Assembly (NCBI GenBank): GCA_977030845.1
Contig: OZ365112.1
Span: 3,658,001-3,722,000 of the forward strand
Direction of reading: 5' to 3'
Length of the DNA stretch: 64,000 bases
Origin: Fimbriosthenelais zetlandica
Taxonomy: Eukaryota
Below the pieces are notes generated by a model that saw only the letters and a list, made by a program, of their open reading frames with translations, was not told where the DNA came from and made no database searches. Positions 1-12,620 of the stretch are shown in pieces (within the stretch, counting starts at the first letter, position 1; every line of letters starts with the position of its first letter). A program made the position numbers and the translations under genes.

Positions 1-68
1 TACACGATCATGCTACAGACAAATTACAAGGACATGTCCAGCATAGGGTCTTAACCCGAATCAGCAAC

Positions 69-248
69 GCCGAGCCCCCATAGAGGCGATTCTCTAATGC
101 CGAGCCCCCATAGAGGCGATACTCTAATGCCGAGCCCCCATAGAGGCGATTCTCTAATGCCGAGCCCCCATAGAGGCGATTATCTAATGCCGAGCCCCCA
201 TAGAGGCGATTCTCTAATGCCGAGCCCCCATAGAGGCGATTCTCCAAG
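69..248. repeat. 30-bp tandem repeat (6 copies), amplified left terminus of the adjacent MITE
   Basis: Unit GCCGAGCCCCCATAGAGGCGATTCTCTAAT starts at 69, 99, 129, 159, 189 and 219; the last copy runs into the MITE arm. Explains the repetitive ORFs 8..247 and 97..294. Confidence 0.95.
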
Positions 249-417
249 CGATGCTGCGCGAAACTATATTCGTAGTCACACCCAATGCTTGTAATTTTAA
301 CAGTACTTTACACATAGCTAAGGGTAACCGCTGACACAATTACAAGCATTGGGTGTGACTAGAAATATGCTTTCGCGCAGCTATCGCTTGGAGAATCGCC
401 TATATGGGGGCCAGGCT
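218..417. mobile_element. Palindromic MITE, family B1 (PIF/Harbinger-like)
   Basis: Left arm (cccccatagaggcgattctccaagcgat...cacacccaatgcttgtaatt) is the inverse of the right arm (aattacaagcattgggtgtg...atcgcttggagaatcgcctatatggggg). Ends CCAGGCT followed by TTA. Central core recurs at 9.3, 14.3, 17.0, 41.4 and 48.5 kb. Confidence 0.8.
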
Positions 418-440
418 TTAGTTAGAAGACATTGCTTACT

Positions 441-633
441 ACTGACTCCATTGCTGCGATTTTGCTTGCAACATTACTGCGACAACGGTGATGCTTGAGT
501 CGCAATAAAAATAATATACTGTAGTGCAAGTGTCCAAGGCCTTCCTCTACTGGAACATTTCTCATTGCAACACAAACATCACCTTTGTCGCAGGAGTGGT
601 ACAAGCAAAATCGCCGCAGTGGAGTACACTGCC
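441..633. mobile_element. MITE family A (TGCGACA/TGTCGCA type), diverged copy
   Basis: ctccattgctgcgattttgcttgc ... gcaaaatcgccgcagtggagtacactgcc; similar to the copies at 15663, 15885, 39308 and 57473. Confidence 0.8.
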
Positions 634-1619
634 CCCGTCCTATAGATTGGACCAAAAATCCTTTGATATTTTAGTATTGGATCTCAGTAATTTGCTCTTT
701 CCTATATGGGATCAGCTCTAAATCCTATAGTAAGCATACATGGGGCTAGAGTACAGTATTGTGTACTGGAGGTATCTCCCTCCCCCACCACCCGCCCCCC
801 TACCCCAGCCCTGCAACCACCTCCGAAGGAGGGTTCCATACAGAGGGATTGGACAGGGGAGATATCCCACGTCAAGTTGCAGAGAAATGTTCTTTAAAAT
901 AACAATCTTTATATTTGATAACAATTCTAGCTCTGAGATGAATTAAAAAAAACGCATCTCTGGCATTCCTGAAAAACAGTTTTTTGGGAGGACCCTAGCC
1001 CGGGAGACCCTGACTCTGCTACACAGAAGGACCATCCCATACAGGACTGTAGAGAGTCAAGAGTTTCTCGGGCTAGGAGGACCCCCCACCCCCATGGAAT
1101 CCCCCCCCCCCCCACCCGCCCGCCCATCAATTATCTTCTGGCGGAAACCCTGTCCCCACTGACCCTCGCCACTGATCAGTAAAGTAGAGTGTTGATATAT
1201 GCTCAATAAATAGAGCACATTGTGAGCGAGGTGCTCATAACTCGCCCGCTGTGAGGACCAGAGGGTTGATGAATGATACTGAGCCCTGGACAGCCTGGTT
1301 GACCAGCAGAATGAGGGCGCGGGGGGTGGGGGAGGGGGGGATTGGTGCGGGGGGGGGGGGGGGGGGTGTAGGGTACACTGCCACGCACAAACATAACCTG
1401 ACCACATATTATATGGTGCTGGGAGGATAGTGTTTGATATGGAATTAAAAGAAATCAATGATAGTCAATCTAATGGGCCATCTCAAAAGTTTTTTCTCTA
1501 AATTAAGTTCTTTAAAATAGTAGGTGGTGGTCCTAGGCCCACTTTCATTTGTGAAAACACTACATGGATAAGATTTCAGCCATTGGTCAGGCGGTGGTCT
1601 GGCTCCAAATTAAAAGACC

Positions 1620-1975
1620 GCTTCTTCTCACCTCTCCCATTGTCATTCTCTCCCCTTTGTCTTTCTATCCCCTTCCTGTCTGCCCACCCTCCCTTTACCC
1701 TCCACCCCTCCTGTTCCCCCCACCCTCCTCTCTCCCTCCCTTTACCGCTTCCCTTCCTGTCTGCCCACCCTCCCTTTACCTTCAACCCCTCCTGTTCCCC
1801 CACCCCTTTGCTCTCCCCCACCCCTTTACTCTCCCCCACCCCTCCTGTCTCCCTCCCCCACCCCTCCTGTCTCCCTCCCCCACCCCTCCTGTCTCCCTCT
1901 TCCACCCCCACCCTTCCACACCCCTCTTCCACCCCCACCCTTCCAACCCCCCCCCCCCACCCCCTCGCCCTGTCC
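1620..1975. repeat. C-rich low-complexity tract with internal duplication (G-quadruplex-prone on the minus strand)
   Basis: Repeated cccttcctgtctgcccaccctccctttacc and ccccacccctcctgtctccct units; gives the spurious Pro/Gly-rich ORFs. Confidence 0.85.
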
Positions 1976-2759
1976 GCCTGTGAGGGTATTATGCACGTTA
2001 ATCCGCCCGTGTGAGCGCCTGATTAGGACATGGAGTATTGTGTATATGAGGACAGGCTTCAACTTATGACCAGCTAAACTGCCCACCGCCCACTCACCCT
2101 CCCCGCCAGACGACCACTGCTCCTCAATCTCTCTTATTATCGCTCACTTAAACCCCCTCTCACATTTACCCCATCTTTACCATACCATATTCAACATTGT
2201 TTCAACATATTTCTCATTTTAGTTTCTAAAGTTTTTTAAAGGTTTTATATACTTTGGAAGTAGTTGCCATTTATTCATAATAAATTCCTTAATTCTAACT
2301 ATCACAGATATATTGTCCCTTTCAAGTTTCAAGAACCCCATCAAATGATTATAGGCAAGACTTCTTTTCAGATACGCTAAAATGTATGATTTTGATTGGT
2401 TATTCTAAGACATTTTTATTATAAAAATTAGTTCCCAGGAACGCATGATCTGGGCAGAAACTATGATCTGAATTGATGAGATCGAAAATAGGATTAAGTC
2501 ACCTTTTCCTTGAAATCTCCAAAAGGAAACCAAAAAACCAAAAGGATTCATATGAAATCAAGGTGTTTTGATATCTAAATTTAACCTCGTTTGGTGACAC
2601 TTCTTCCAATCCCTGCGTCCATTTTAAAAGCTTCTAGATTGACTTCAGGGGAATCTGACAGACTTGGGGGAGGAGGTGGGAGGAGGGGGGGGGGGAGAGA
2701 TAAAAAGGAGGGTGGGGGAGTAGTAGGAGGAGGGGTGGTGGGTAGTGGGAGGGAGATAT

Positions 2760-2922
2760 ATGCAATGGCCACAGCGCTGCCTCCTGCCTGGTCCTTGTTC
2801 AAGCCCCTATCCTGATGCGTCAGCACAAATTCAAAGCTCGGCACAGAACTCGCGCATGACGCGTCAGTTGCCCTTGAGTGACGGGCGAGGGAGGCTGTGT
2901 ACTTGGCCTTCCTCCACTCAAA
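2760..2922 (+). CDS. Candidate alternative first coding exon (phase 1), MQWPQRCLLPGPCSSPYPDASAQIQSSAQNSRMTRQLPLSDGRGRLCTWPSSTQ
   Basis: 54 codons + 1 nt ending at donor AAA|GTAAGA; CpG-rich; phase fits the phase-1 acceptor at 9719. Confidence 0.35.
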
Positions 2923-3940
2923 GTAAGAGAGATATATATACCAAAAAACTCCCAACCCGACACAGGATAGTTGTTAATCAAAAGGGCTATAGATATATGG
3001 CATTCTGGATACGATTTGGATATTTTACCAAAAGTTGTTAAAGTTCTGAGTATGTGGAAGTAAGGTGTTTTCCGTCACTCTGGAATAAGGACCTTTCAGG
3101 GATATTAATGGCAGGGACTGGAGGTAGAGGGCCAAGGCCCTTTACCCGTCAAGGTAAAACTACATACCATGGTCTACTTTATTATTAAATGTATTATGTC
3201 TAGATTTATACTATATTTTTATTCAGGAATTTAAAATTTAATCTGGTTCTTTTTTTTGCTGCCTCAGACTATAGTAGCTTTTGTTCATTCATTTTCACTA
3301 ACATCGATTGGGACATTGCTCTTGAAGCTTTCATCCGAGATTGTCTTTTGAGCATTTTTGTCTTTCCCAACTTCAGGAAAAATGATTTATTTGGTACATT
3401 TATTTCCTATAGAGAAATGAAGATGTATCTTTGAATCATATTTCATTCGGATAGTCTGGCAAAGGCCAACATTACCATATTTTTTGGCATGGACAATTTC
3501 TAAAACCCATGTATTTTCATGTATACCTAGAGGCAGTTCTTTGTATAAAACTTTATAAAATGCAAATACCATGTATCATTGATTAGATTTGACTCCGATA
3601 TAGTTCCAGGGGCCAATTTTTACTCGAAAAAAGTGCAAAATCTCATTTATTGTCATATATGCCTGTAGGCAATTGTTGGTACAACTCCTTTTATAAACCT
3701 CTAGCTAGTTGTTGTAGGAGACTTTTGTGTATGTCTACCAGTGGTTGACTTGGGATCTAAACACCCCTCTCCATCCATGGCAGCTGCCAGCCTCTTCCGA
3801 CATTGATGAATTTACCGCTAGCTTAAGCTCGTCCCTGGTATGCCAAGCCCCACCAAACACCCCCCTAGTCCGTCACCACTACCCCGTGCCCTTTTGTCAG
3901 TGTCTCCTCTGCGTGGGAGGGCCTTGTTGGTAACTCCTGA

Positions 3941-4315
3941 AGGCTATGTTCCACTGCTGCGACATTGCTTGCGACACTGCTTCGACTTTGTTTGCGACAC
4001 TACTGCGACCATGCTTGCGAATCTAGTGCGACATTTGCTTGCGACATTTCTGCCACCTTGCTTGCGACACTATTGTGACGTTGCTTGCGACACTACTGTG
4101 ACTTAGCCTGCGACACTTCTGCCACGTTTCTTGCGACACTATTGTGACTTTGCTTGCGACACTATTGCGAACTTTGCTTGCTCCACTACTGCGACTTTGC
4201 TTGCTCCACTACTGCGACTTTGCTTGCGACACTACTGTGACTTTGCTTGCGGCACTAGTGTGACTTTGCTTGCGACACTATTGCCACTTTGCTTGGGAAA
4301 CTAGTGCGACAAAGG
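3941..4315 (+). repeat. 23-bp minisatellite (~15 copies) expanded inside the left arm of a family A MITE
   Basis: Starts with the MITE terminus AGGCTATGTTCCACTGCTGCGA, continues as CTTTGCTTGCGACACTACTGCGA units, and exits into the MITE sequence tgcgacaaaggt. Confidence 0.9.
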
Positions 4316-5706
4316 TATAGAAATGCAAAATGTTCCAGATGGGCTGACCTAATATGGGGTAGCTAAACTTGATTTTCTGCCGCGATTGCCACAAATGTAA
4401 CTACATTCGCAGGAGCTTGCAGTTTGTAAGGGGTGCCTATTTTATGCTCTTTTCGCGAGTGGTGTGACAAATAATGGCAGTTGAGGCCATAGCAAAGCCG
4501 GCCACACGGGCTAGGCGCAACACACCCGCAACCCTAGTGCACCTACCCCTTTAATTAAGGCCTAGGACACTCCGACAATTTTTTTATTTGATACAGGCGT
4601 CAGCAGTGCTGCAGGCAAAAGAGTCCCGTCTTAAGGCCCTGAGGGGAATGCCCTTAGCTACCAAAGGGCTTTACTCTTGTTGCTACAACTGTTGTCAAGG
4701 CAACAATGCTGAGACGGCAGATCTTTCCTTGATCCCTACCCCACTACGAACATGTGACATTTAAGACACGGAGCTCTTGTTCTTGTCCGACTCCCAGCTG
4801 CCTATACTTAAGCATAGAGAAAGAAGCCATTCACTCTCTCTTTATAGAAACTCTTTTACCTTCCCAGAAAAGGTCTGTAAAGGTATGCTCAAAGGAAACT
4901 GTCACATTATGGAATAACACATTTATTTTAGTCTCTCTTTCTATTAGATCATGAAGAGAAAACGCTGCCTTTCTTAGGCGGGAGGAAAACTAGGACATAA
5001 TAGGAACCAATCTGTAAACTTACGGTAGACAATAGCGCAATTTCTCTTTTCTTTGCTTGACATTATCTTCTAAAAGGCCCATCTTTTCTTACAATTTTGG
5101 TTTAAGTAGCTCCCCAGATACTATTTTTAGATGTTCAGTTAATTAATTGTACTGTCTCCCATATATAACATTTCCTTTATTGTATTATATATCGATTAAA
5201 AAAGTTGAATGGCATACTATGCAATTTAAAATGTTAAAAACGTATCATGAAATTGAAATAAATAAATAAATACATGTAAGAAATGAGTATCATAATAATA
5301 TGGATAACTATATTATCATTACAGATCAGTATCTAATAAAGCTTTGTTTAACGTCTATAAATAAAGACGTATATAAATGTCTATAAGTTTCTCCTGTCTG
5401 GGAGAAGCACCCTGGGCTGTCATCCCTCAGTATATTGACGCTCCCCAATCCGCTTGAATCATCTTTGAATTGCCGCTGGGAATTCCCACAAAATATGCCA
5501 GCAATAAGATTGACTGGGAGAGAGCTGGGGAATCAAATCGCTGGATTCCTCAGCTGGTGCAGGTCTTGATTGGCTTTGTGAAGATACTGTGGTGCTATGG
5601 CTGCAGGCCAGGCTTTGCGCTGATAGTAAGGCCGGGTCATACTAGAGCATTATCCCTACAGACTTGCTCAGGTGCTAACTCCACGCGGGATTCTCTTCCG
5701 CACAAG

Positions 5707-5750
5707 TGTATAACTGCACTAGCAGGGGCTTGCCATTTGCAAGGGGTGTC
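5707..5750 (+). repeat. Dispersed repeat core (family D), part of an unclassified element
   Basis: taactgcactagcagg(g/a)gcttg..atttgc.aggggtgtc recurs at 31537-31581 and, more diverged, at 4396-4437. Confidence 0.65.
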
Positions 5751-8335
5751 CATATTATGCTCCATTCGGCAAATGGCATGTCGGGCGGGTTGCAGAATCC
5801 CAGTTGGCTTTCAAAAATTAATTTTGTTCGCCAAAATGGCAAGCAGTTGGCGAGCAGAACATGCATGCATTACAAACACCCATCGCTCGCGAATTTCAGC
5901 TCGCCAAATCCTATTTTTTGTTGGCAAAACATATCACAAAAGATAGACAAGTTGCACGATGGCGAATCACAAAATATTATGCAAGCCAAATTCTTTCTGC
6001 AAGCCAAAATCTTTCTGCGACCCATGCATTGCCGCAACCAAATCATAACTCCTGCAAGGCAAATTCCACAGCGAGTACTGCCAGGTTTCTACTTGCAAGA
6101 GGGGCACCTGACTCTTTATTTGTTGTAAAATCGTCTGAGTGTGTTCTTGGCATTAAGTGTGGTTTAGGCATTATGTGGATTTGTCACTAAACATTGATTG
6201 GTTTTAACATTTTCTGGCCACCAGGAAGTTAATGGTCTTAGCCCAGAGCTGGGCTTCAGTGGAGTTGAAGGGCAGGGGATGTGACCTAAAGCTGGTGTGG
6301 TTTAGCTTTAAAGGTAACCTTATAGCAACTAGAAAGGGCAACCCCGTAAAATACGGACCCATGAGGGGTATTTATAATGGTTTATACCATTACAATGCCA
6401 TTATCTGACAGATGTAATACATATTTCTGTATCCTCCAATGGCAGGGGTGAACATGGGTCCCCTTTTTTATGCCTGTGTCAGAATGTCACATGATAAAAA
6501 TGTCTCATGTCGCGTGTCAGTTTGTGGCAGCTCTGTGTGTCGCATGTTAAGGAGCCTGTGTCAGAATGTCGCCCTTTATTTAGGGCCGTGTCGCTGTGTC
6601 GATTTTTACCCATGTACATCCATAATGACCATGAATGCCATTGGAATGTAACTTCAAATTGTCCCACTCCTATCACCAGACAGTCCGGTTCATCCGAAAT
6701 TTATTAATACACTTTAAATTTCTATTTAAAGATTAGAGTAATGCAATACATTGTTCTGTGAAAAATCTTACTTTGTAAAAGTTGGCACTACTTAGTATTT
6801 GTATGTGGTATCTTTTATCACATCTCACACTTTACTGTCTGCACTTTTTCCACCAGCACAGAACAGACAGTAGTGTTTGCTATTCACATGGCAGTGCCAA
6901 ACGGTGAAAGATTTGAGAGCTATACACACAATTAAAAAGTCCGAGAAGAGATCAGAATCCTTTTAATCTGAGACTTTAATTTCACAGTAAGCATTTTATG
7001 GTGGGAGGAGAGCAGCATTCTGTGTGACTTGGGATAATAATGTGTGCCTATTTCCTCCCCTCCGACTCTCCCTCCTATTAGAGCCATATAAAACTGACTA
7101 AATGGGACAGTTGTTGGAAGGCGCCTTCTATGAAGAAGCAAAGTAGCTAACACTTGCCAGGCATTTTTTCGCAAGGCCACCAGAGCAATGTAACAAAGCT
7201 CACATAAAAGTCTACCTTTCTAAGCTACTTTTTTCTAGGGAAAGTAGAATTAAAAAGAAGCCTAAGATGGTCTTCCCGGAGGCTTAAAAAGCCAACCTCA
7301 CTTATTGGAAGCAACTTTTCCTCTTTTTTCGCCCACTACAGGGACTTCCATCCGGACTTACTTGAGGATGATTGTCACACTACACCTGGGTCTCGTCATC
7401 AGTCACGTGCTCGGAAATGGTCCAATCAGAAGGCTGCATTTCAGATAGGACTTTCTGATACAATGTGTCATTTCCAATATTACTTGCGACACTTTAAACT
7501 TTCTTGAATCTTGAATAGATCATTTCAAGAATAGATGAATCGCATTAGCTAGGCCATGATAAGGCTTATGGGACTAAACACTAATCAAGGGCACCTCATA
7601 TCGAATATTAAATTTAAATTTTCTTAGGGAAAAAAAGATTGTTTTCTGTCAGCCCATCTTTCTTAGTCACCATGTTATTTCCGTCTGCCTTTTACCCTGG
7701 ATCTATTTTTTGCACGCGGAAGGATATTTCCCCCTGACGGACCTATTTTTAGTTTCCTTTTCCCCTAGGCCATCACAAATGTTACTAAACTAAAAACAAA
7801 TCCCCTTAACATGATATTGTTGCCAAAGTACCTTATACATTGACCGTCCTAAAGATCTGAAGGTATCCAATGCGATTGCTGCAGGAGACGTAGGCCTATA
7901 TGACGTAGATTGGCTATCCTTTTACCACTGACCTTGTGACGCCCCCAAGGCTCCATCTTCTAGAAGATATTTGCCTTTGATTTACGTATTAGAATTCATT
8001 GGTATATTCACGTATGAAACATAAACGTTTCATATTCCTACCTGCAGGTCACGTTTAGAGATTGGGATTTCTCTATGGAATTTAAGTTTACTTTCTCTGG
8101 AACTACAGCACTGTTTGACCTGGAAATCGACTTCGTTTTGGAATTTAATTATTCAAAAGTTTCATGAGATTTCTTTAATCTCGTCAACATATTCCAGGAT
8201 TTACTATTTTCTTTATTCTTGTTGATTTGTTGGCAACGAGATCATTCCTACTGAGGAATTCCATTTTCAACTATCCCTCGTGCAGAGAATCTTTTGGTGT
8301 TATGCTGGAGTGATTGATCTGTTGGGAAAGACAAT

Positions 8336-8396
8336 ATGTCAGATCTTGAATCGGTTCTCTCCCTTCTTGTCATCCGTCCAGTCTACTTCTATCGTG
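8336..8396 (+). CDS. Candidate alternative first coding exon (phase 1), MSDLESVLSLLVIRPVYFYR
   Basis: 20 codons + 1 nt, donor GTG|GTAAAT; phase fits the 9719 acceptor. Short, so chance cannot be excluded. Confidence 0.3.
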
Positions 8397-9718
8397 GTAA
8401 ATTACTAAAATTTATCCTTTCTTTTAAAAATGTTGGTATGAATGTGGGGTTCTCCCAGATATTAATTCATAGGGAACTCTATGTAAATTATTCCTGGAAT
8501 TTGATCATATATCCTTTACCGTATCATTGACTTGTGGATAATGTTAATTCTTAAAAGAAACAACCCAGATCTCTATAACGCATTTAACTTTTGTTGAATA
8601 GTTTCACATTCGTTTGTTGTTTTTCTGGAATGTTTTGTTTTAAGTTTGGTTTGGTAGTTTTCTCAAGGACAGCATGGCCATGGTTTCCTCTTGACTGGAT
8701 CTTAATCAAAGTCCAAAGTAAAACCTCCCAGGCGAAACCAGTCGTCCAAGAGAAACCACGCAGCCTCATTGAGAGTCCCTCTATTGTCTTCCTCTTCCTG
8801 TCAACATACATATACATAGATATTTCATTTTCGTTTTCAAAGCGCGAAATTAGAGAAGGAAGTATAGTAAGGTGCTGATTCAGACAACTGCTGTGTGGTT
8901 CCCATGGCTACACGTCCTTCCCTCATTCCCTATTCACGGTCCCAAAAGTAAAATAATGCACAGAGGTGTTGTGCACTGCTTTCTTTTAAAGATTAAAATG
9001 TTATTATGAGTGGCATTCAGTGCAGTTGTAATCTCAGCTTTCAATCAAGTATCAAATAATATGGAAATAAAGCAATTTTGAAAATCAATTTTAGAAAATA
9101 CTGGATCTCCCTTGTCGGTCTGTATATATATGTGATCCATTTTCATTAACGTTTGTTTTTTTATTTATTAGGTACGATGATGCAGATTGTTATTTATTAT
9201 ATATAATATATTTTGTCTATCAATTAAGTACAAGGTCTACAAAAGCGAACTACAGTGAAATCTCACTGTAACGGTCACCCTTGGTTCCAAGCTTCTCCTT
9301 GCCGTTACATTTCAGTGCGATATATTTCTAGTCACACCCAATGCTTGTAATTTTAACAGTCCTTTACACCTAGCTAAGGCTAACCACAGACAAAATTACA
9401 AGCATTGAGTGTGACTAGAAATAGTGCTATAGTGATATGACCATTTTGACAGGCTATAGTGATATGACCATTATGACAAGTTCCACTATAGTTAAATTAT
9501 ATATTTTATCTAGGATTGAAGTCGAATGCCTATCAAATTGTAATAGTTATATTGAAATAGTAGAAATGGTACTAAGAATAGCATGGCCATGGTGTGAAAT
9601 ATTCGCTATAGTGATGTGACCGTTATGTGGGGTTTCACTTTATTAAATTGTATGTATATTTTGTCTATGATTGAATGTGTAAAGTGTCGCAGTTATATTA
9701 TATATTTTTGATTTGTAG

Positions 9719-9837
9719 GTACGGCGTGGGCCGCGGATGATGACGATGATTCTATCTACGATCCGCTCACACCGTGCTCGTCGGACGACACCTACCTCCC
9801 CACCACCCAACTCTACTACACCACCCCGCCCAAACAG
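9719..9837 (+). CDS. Internal coding exon (phase 1 to 0), TAWAADDDDDSIYDPLTPCSSDDTYLPTTQLYYTTPPKQ
   Basis: Acceptor tttttgatttgtag|, donor CAG|GTACGA; 119 nt of GC-rich sequence in an AT-rich background, open in the frame shown. Confidence 0.7.
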
Positions 9838-9856
9838 GTACGATCATAATGCATTA

Positions 9857-10152
9857 TAACCTCAACTCACTGAGCTACCATCTCCCTACGATCTGATATA
9901 TAGCCTGAACCCACTGAGCTACCATCTCCCTACGATCTAAACCTTTTGAGCTACGATCTCCCTACGATCTGCTCAAAATAAGAACGTAGAGTGTTCTGAT
10001 CCATGAAGGAAAACGCAAATCACACAGGAACATTACATTCCACATACATTTTCAGTAGGTTCATTCCACATTTGTCAGTAGGTTCCACATACTTTTAAAA
10101 TTGTGTTGTAATTGGATCGTAAAGCAGATCGTAGCTCAGTGGGTTCAGGTTA
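9857..10152. mobile_element. Probable MITE (family G) with ~30-bp TIRs and subterminal tandem repeats
   Basis: TAACCTCAACTCACTGAGCTACCATCT ... AGATCGTAGCTCAGTGGGTTCAGGTTA with TTA on both sides; three tgagctac(c/g)atctccctacgatct units in the left arm. Confidence 0.7.
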
Positions 10153-12525
10153 TTATAATTGTTGTACAATGGCTTGTGTGTCTGTACGGGCCAGTGATGG
10201 AGGTTTGGGGGCTTACGCCTCTAGCTGGCAGCACATCAATGTAATGCCGGGCGATTATCCAAGCGATAGCTGCGCGAAATTATATTTCTAGTCAGTTATA
10301 CTTATTAAGCGCAGCTATAGATATTATTAAATGATCATCAGGTTTCTATGATAGGGAAACTCAGAATAACTCGCAATATATATTCTATTTGACATCACAG
10401 AAGTAAGGGAAAGCTTATAGGTCTATTAAGTTACGCCAGATAGTACTCATAGTTCGTCTTTTATATTAAATCTGACAGTCGGGTCCATCCCACTGGAAGT
10501 TCTAAAAACTGCCGACTTGGCAAAAAAGTAAATCTTGGTCTGAGAAAAAAACATTGTTGGGTTTGTGATGGACTGAACCGCTCACCTCCATCGTTTGATG
10601 GGGAGTGGTGTGGCATTTCAGAGGTTTTCTATTTCAATTCATTCCTTTTTTCTCCATTGAGCAATGCATGCAGTGGGAGTATGGGGAAATATGTTCCACC
10701 ACTGTGTGCCACTATAGCTTTAGTGTTTTATTACAAAGGGACATCGGAATATAAGCCCTAACTTGAGCTGATAGTTGCATTTATTTTATAAACATTTATT
10801 TTTGCCTATAGATTTGGCGTACCGCCATGCGTTCAAAATAAGTGTTGTATATTTATTTTATTAACTTTTATAATCTTTCCACTGAGACAGGTTTTTAGTA
10901 CACATAATAACAGATCTTTCGTGTGGTATAGATTTTTTGCACTAATTTTCTCCCGCAACGTGAAGATGTAAATGGATATATAACTATAACTATAATAATT
11001 TGTATTGATATAGATTCCTTAAGTTCTTAGAGTAGCGATTTGAAATCGGGGAAGAATTTACTGATAAAATATTCTAGAATGAATGATTGATTCTTCAGGA
11101 CTGCCCCTCATCTATTGAATCTAGTGATTCCAGACCTTTTTGAACACGACTCATTATTGTTTTAAAAACAATCTAATTACAAAAAATAACTGACGTGTCG
11201 GTTGCTTTTTCCATTTTCCATTGAAATTGGAATCTAGTGAAAAAAGATCCGGTTGGTTAGCCTCCGGGTCAAAGTATCAGACCTTTGATAATTCAACCTT
11301 GACGTTTTTCATGGAATCGTTTTATTTATTTTCTATTTTTTTGATAAAACTTTAATAAATTTCCCTCCCATATCCCGCATGGAACATTAAACTTTCCCTG
11401 GGTGTTAGTAAATATAAAAGTTAATGATAAAAATAACCGCTGGACCTTGAAACATATCACATAGTAACTGACCCAGGCGCCGCGCGGAGTCACAAAGTAC
11501 CGTGGCCCATAACGACGTGGCTAAGGTTGAGTAATTAAAGTGTATCATTTATAGTTATAAATGATCAACTAGCCTCATACTAAAGCGGCTTATTTTCTCA
11601 CGGTCTGTGATGGGTCCAAGTTGACCTCGCCTTTTCATGGCGCGTATAAATGTTACTCCTGCCTGATCTCCTAATATCACAGTAAATAAATTCACGTCAA
11701 TCATTTACATAATGGGCCATTCATCATTTGTGAGCTGGGAGTTTGCTATGATATAAATCGTGAACCATGCTGGTTCTGTCCATTCAGGAGGTTGCCTATG
11801 AGGGCAGAAAGTTCAATCCATAATTGTCCCAGGCATTTCCCTCCCTCCCTCCACATCGTAGATATTCTAGAGCGCATGCCCCTGTCAAATATCCCTAGCA
11901 TGAAAGGTAACATGGATATTCCCATCTAAAGTGCCCCCAGCTAAAAATCATAATAAAACCTGAGAAAGCGTACATGCGCTGGTAGAACTAATGCAATGGT
12001 TCTATGAAAGAGAGCCAACTGAACCCCCTGGTTCCAACCAATGATGGGTCCCTCAGATCCAGTCCCTCTGCCCCCTCCCCCCACCCCCACCCTTGTCTAT
12101 AGGAAGATTAAGATTGCCCCTACCAGACGTCCAATTATCTCTTTTCTCACGCATGATATAGAAGTGTGGTGGGTGCTTGTACTGCCCCTACCGGCCCAAC
12201 CAGAACTACTATAGACCAGGCCGCTGAGGTATTAGATACGGCAACTTACGCAGATTAAATAATTATGTCTTCTACCTTCCCCCAATTTTGATTTCATTAA
12301 ACGGTTACGTCATTGAGGTGAAAAGCGCAAAAGCGACGAGAGTCATGCTTAAAGATGGAAAGAATTAAATTATATTATTCTGGTGAACAAATGGAAGTTG
12401 TGACTAGAATCTGGCAAGGTCGTTACAAAGTGAAAAGAGATAGAAAATCTGACTAAGGAAGAATAGAATGAAAAAGAAAGGAAGAGAAAGATTATAAAAC
12501 CTGTTATGCAAAAACTTGATTTAGT

Positions 12526-12620
12526 GGACCTTACTGAATATAAGGCAAATACACATTGAATAATAAGCCAAAAGATTGGCTTATTTTGGCATAAATATAT
12601 GCTATACAATGCCCATTCCC
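12526..12620 (+). repeat. ~95-bp dispersed direct repeat, copy 1 (copy 2 at 13830-13922)
   Basis: Shared ggaccttactgaa..taag.caa.tacacattgaataataagccaaaaga...tacaatgcccat. Confidence 0.85.

Noticed and set aside
8-294. ORFs with repeated ENRLYGGSAL / MPSPHRGDSL, and possible CRISPR-like appearance
   Set aside because: Perfect tandem 30-mers without unique spacers; derived from a MITE terminus.
1057-2086. Pro- and Gly-rich ORFs on both strands
   Set aside because: Low-complexity C/G tracts that lack stop codons by composition.
4754-5110. Protein-like fragments on the minus strand (ERETKINVLFHNVTVSFEHTFTDLFWEGKR)
   Set aside because: Interrupted by stops and no recognisable domain; possibly a decayed TE, not supportable.
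5470-6190. Three overlapping ORFs of 109-158 aa
   Set aside because: Lie in a dispersed repeat (family D) with internal reiterations; no splice signals or domain motifs.
7341-7470. Possible exon after cccactacag (DFHPDLLEDDCH... or MIVTLHLGLVISHVLG...)
   Set aside because: No convincing donor; CACGTG and CCAAT motifs suggest regulatory rather than coding sequence.
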